Source: Candidatus Kerfeldbacteria bacterium (GTDB lineage: Bacteria; Patescibacteriota; Patescibacteriia; UBA9570; XYC2-FULL-38-9). From it: a DNA stretch of 64,000 nucleotides. Each line of letters begins with the position of its first letter. The stretch's first letter is position 1. A program made the position numbers and the translations under genes. Positions 61,865 through 64,000 of the stretch are shown one piece after another. Under the pieces are notes generated by a model. That model saw only the letters and a list, made by a program, of their open reading frames with translations, made no database searches and was not told the DNA's origin. The stretch lies in contig JBDRKW010000020.1 of assembly GCA_043813585.1 (NCBI GenBank), positions 65,185 through 129,184 of the forward strand, in the 5' to 3' direction.

Positions 61865-63070
61865 ATGGTTATTGGCATTGATGCGTCACGCGCAAACAAG
61901 CAAGAGCGTACCGGCACGGAGTGGTATTCCTATCATGTCATCCAACAGCTGAAAGAAATTATTCCTGATACGCATCAGGTCTTTTTATATACCAAAGAGC
62001 CATTATTGGACGACCTGGCTGATCTGCCGCAACACTGGAAAAGCAAGGTTTTGGCATGGCCTCCACGGTTCCTATGGACCCAATTGCGGCTGTCTCTGGA
62101 AATGCTCTTGCACAAGCCGGATATTCTGTATATTCCGGCTCATACCATACCGATTATCCACCCCGAAAAAATTGCTCTCGTCGTGCATGACGTCGGATTT
62201 GAGCGTCAGGATGAACTCTATGACCCGAAGCTGATCGGATATAATTCCGGAGTAATGAAAAGAATCATCAATGCAGGAGTGAAATTGGCAACCCTGGGCA
62301 AATACGGATCATCCGAGCGTGACTACCATCGTTTTGCGATGGATCTTGCCGTGAAGCATGCGACCAGAATCATAACCGTATCTGAATTTTCAAAGCGGGA
62401 GATGATCGACATTTACAAGCTACCCGAAGAGCTGATAGCTGCCATTCCAAACGGCTTTAACGCACTGGCAGCTCCTGCTGATACTGAAGAGATCCTGGCT
62501 GAGTTATCAATTTCCAAACCGTATATCGCATTTGTCGGCCGGCTGGAGCAAAAGAAGAATGTACCGCGTCTTATTGAGGCGTTTGGCGTGCTGAAGCAGA
62601 GTTACGGCTATGAAGGGAAACTCGTGCTTGTCGGGTCGCCGGGGTATCAGCATGAACTCATTCAGAAGCTCATTCGGGACAACCAATTGTCCGGCGATAT
62701 TATTGAAACAGGCTGGGCGGATAGTGCGCAATTAGCGGCCATTGTCGCAAACGCCGATGTTTTCGTATTGCCGTCGCTATATGAAGGATTTGGAATTCCG
62801 GTGCTGGAAGCAATGAGCGCTGACACTGTCGTTGCCTGCTCAGATATACCATCATTGCGGGAGGTTGCGGGAGACGCGGCATTTTTCTTTAATTCAAAAT
62901 CGAGCAACGCAATCGCCGCTGCTCTGAATACGGTAATATCGGATGAATTACTGCGAGACGATCTCATTTTACGGGGCAGAAGGCGAATCACTCATTTTTC
63001 ATGGGCATTAACAGCCAAATCCACATGGGCGGAGTTGGAAAAAATATTGTACAATACAGGACATGAATAA
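61865..63070 (+). CDS. family 4 (GT-B) glycosyltransferase
   Basis: 'MVIGIDASRANKQERTGTEWYS' and 'EGFGIPVLEAMSADTVVACSDIPSLREVAGDAAFFF'. Confidence 0.75.
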   Translation: MVIGIDASRANKQERTGTEWYSYHVIQQLKEIIPDTHQVFLYTKEPLLDDLADLPQHWKSKVLAWPPRFLWTQLRLSLEMLLHKPDILYIPAHTIPIIHPEKIALVVHDVGFERQDELYDPKLIGYNSGVMKRIINAGVKLATLGKYGSSERDYHRFAMDLAVKHATRIITVSEFSKREMIDIYKLPEELIAAIPNGFNALAAPADTEEILAELSISKPYIAFVGRLEQKKNVPRLIEAFGVLKQSYGYEGKLVLVGSPGYQHELIQKLIRDNQLSGDIIETGWADSAQLAAIVANADVFVLPSLYEGFGIPVLEAMSADTVVACSDIPSLREVAGDAAFFFNSKSSNAIAAALNTVISDELLRDDLILRGRRRITHFSWALTAKSTWAELEKILYNTGHE

Positions 63071-64000
63071 ATCCGCAGAAGCGGCGTTGGAAAAAGCGTA
63101 TCCAAAGCAGGTCAACTACTTGAGATCTGTCGTGATTTCTGGTACAATCAACCACGCATATTGCTTCATTGGCACTGATCAGGGCGGACAAAATCATTTG
63201 CTCGAATATCTTTGCCAGGAAGCCGCCTGCACTGATAATGATGGTGCGTCGTGCGGCCAGTGTGATAGTTGTACCGAGGCGCACCGTGATTTGCACGCAG
63301 ATATTCTCACGATTCAAGGCGAAATAAATGAGCCGATTGGGATTGAACTGGCCCATGCCGTTCATCGCCATCTAGCATCGCGTCCTGTGCTTGCTCCGAA
63401 GCGGATCGCACTTATAAAAAACGCACATCACATGACAGCCCAGGCGGCTAATGCATTATTGAAAATTGTGGAAGAGCCGCCGAAATGCGCAGTCATTCTC
63501 ATGAGCACTTCTTTGCCGGATATGCTGCCGGCAACACTCTTATCGCGAATGCAAGCTGTCAGGGTGCCCAGAATGCCCCATACGGCGGTGAAACAGCTAT
63601 TTTCGGAGGTATCTGCCTATTCGCAGCAACAGCAGGAAACCTACACGCACCTGGCAGACGGCAGGTTTGAACGTGTTTTGCAGTTATCTGATCCCGAAGG
63701 AGAGGAAAAAGAGTGGTGGCACGATCAACTGCAACTCTGGATTACGTTTTTACTGTCATCAACGGCAAAACGGGATGCGCTCATTCAAAAGGAATTCATG
63801 ACGGGCAAGCAATCGAAGGAAAAAGTACATACCTTGCCGCAAGTGCTTGGCCTTCTGGAAATTATTCTTCGCGACACCATTCTGCATAATTCCGGATTTG
63901 AAGGAATGAAAATGATCCAGCTGCAGGGAAAATCACTCGAACAGTTGCAGAAAAAATATTCTGTCGATAATAGCCGGCACGCACTGTCGCAACTGACGGA
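63063..64000 (+). CDS. holB: DNA polymerase III delta-prime subunit (partial, continues beyond window end)
   Basis: 'HAYCFIGTDQGGQN', Zn-module 'CGQCDSC', 'KIVEEPPKCAVILMSTSLPDMLPATLLSRMQ'. Open to the window edge with no stop. Confidence 0.75.
   Translation, partial: MNKSAEAALEKAYPKQVNYLRSVVISGTINHAYCFIGTDQGGQNHLLEYLCQEAACTDNDGASCGQCDSCTEAHRDLHADILTIQGEINEPIGIELAHAVHRHLASRPVLAPKRIALIKNAHHMTAQAANALLKIVEEPPKCAVILMSTSLPDMLPATLLSRMQAVRVPRMPHTAVKQLFSEVSAYSQQQQETYTHLADGRFERVLQLSDPEGEEKEWWHDQLQLWITFLLSSTAKRDALIQKEFMTGKQSKEKVHTLPQVLGLLEIILRDTILHNSGFEGMKMIQLQGKSLEQLQKKYSVDNSRHALSQLT

Overview
The window is a gene-dense bacterial chromosome fragment of about 80 genes, almost all on the + strand, with many start/stop overlaps (ATGA, TAATG). 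Several features suggest a reduced-genome, probably uncultivated lineage (CPR/Patescibacteria-like). This is inference only. The features are stand-alone domains, N-terminal extensions on ribosomal proteins, an rpoA without the alpha C-terminal domain, and a truncated alaS. The core content is: the cell-division genes ftsB-like and ftsEX; a partial ribosomal operon (infA-rpmJ-rpsM-rpsK-rpsD-rpoA-rplQ, then rplM-rpsI); alaS, mnmA, thiI, nadK, rdgB; scattered riboflavin genes (ribB, ribK, ribE, ribH); acpS, an acyl-CoA ligase and a carrier-domain/acyltransferase fusion; two tRNAs (Thr-CGT on the minus strand, Gln-TTG on the plus strand); and a long glycosyltransferase/flippase/O-antigen-ligase-like locus with mreB embedded, ending in a partial holB. 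No rRNA, CRISPR array, integrase or transposase was found. The most interesting content falls in three places. First, a tRNA-Gln-flanked accessory block of about 10 kb (6.0-16.5 kb). It carries an att-like 18-bp repeat of the tRNA 3' end, a putative beta-propeller surface protein, and two tandem paralogous giant secreted beta-helix proteins. These have a CSLREA-motif N-domain, Pmp-like GGxI/FxxN rungs and a shared lysine-rich C-terminal module, and the terminator+promoter unit is duplicated with them. A three-gene cassette of unknown function follows, with an HD-like motif in a 707-aa protein. Second, a split PEP-utilising phosphotransfer family. Three tandem paralogs (29.5-34.0 kb) each consist of a divergent ~380-aa helical N-domain plus a C-terminal phosphohistidine swivel domain. 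The matching ATP-grasp (PPDK_N) domain is a separate 313-aa gene coupled to the riboflavin genes (39.9 kb). Third, a very GC-rich amidohydrolase gene with its own RBS and terminator (36.9-38.4 kb) that looks horizontally acquired. A TATACT -10 hexamer recurs at five predicted promoters in the window. Coordinates for hand-called features (tRNAs, promoters, terminators) may be off by a couple of nucleotides.
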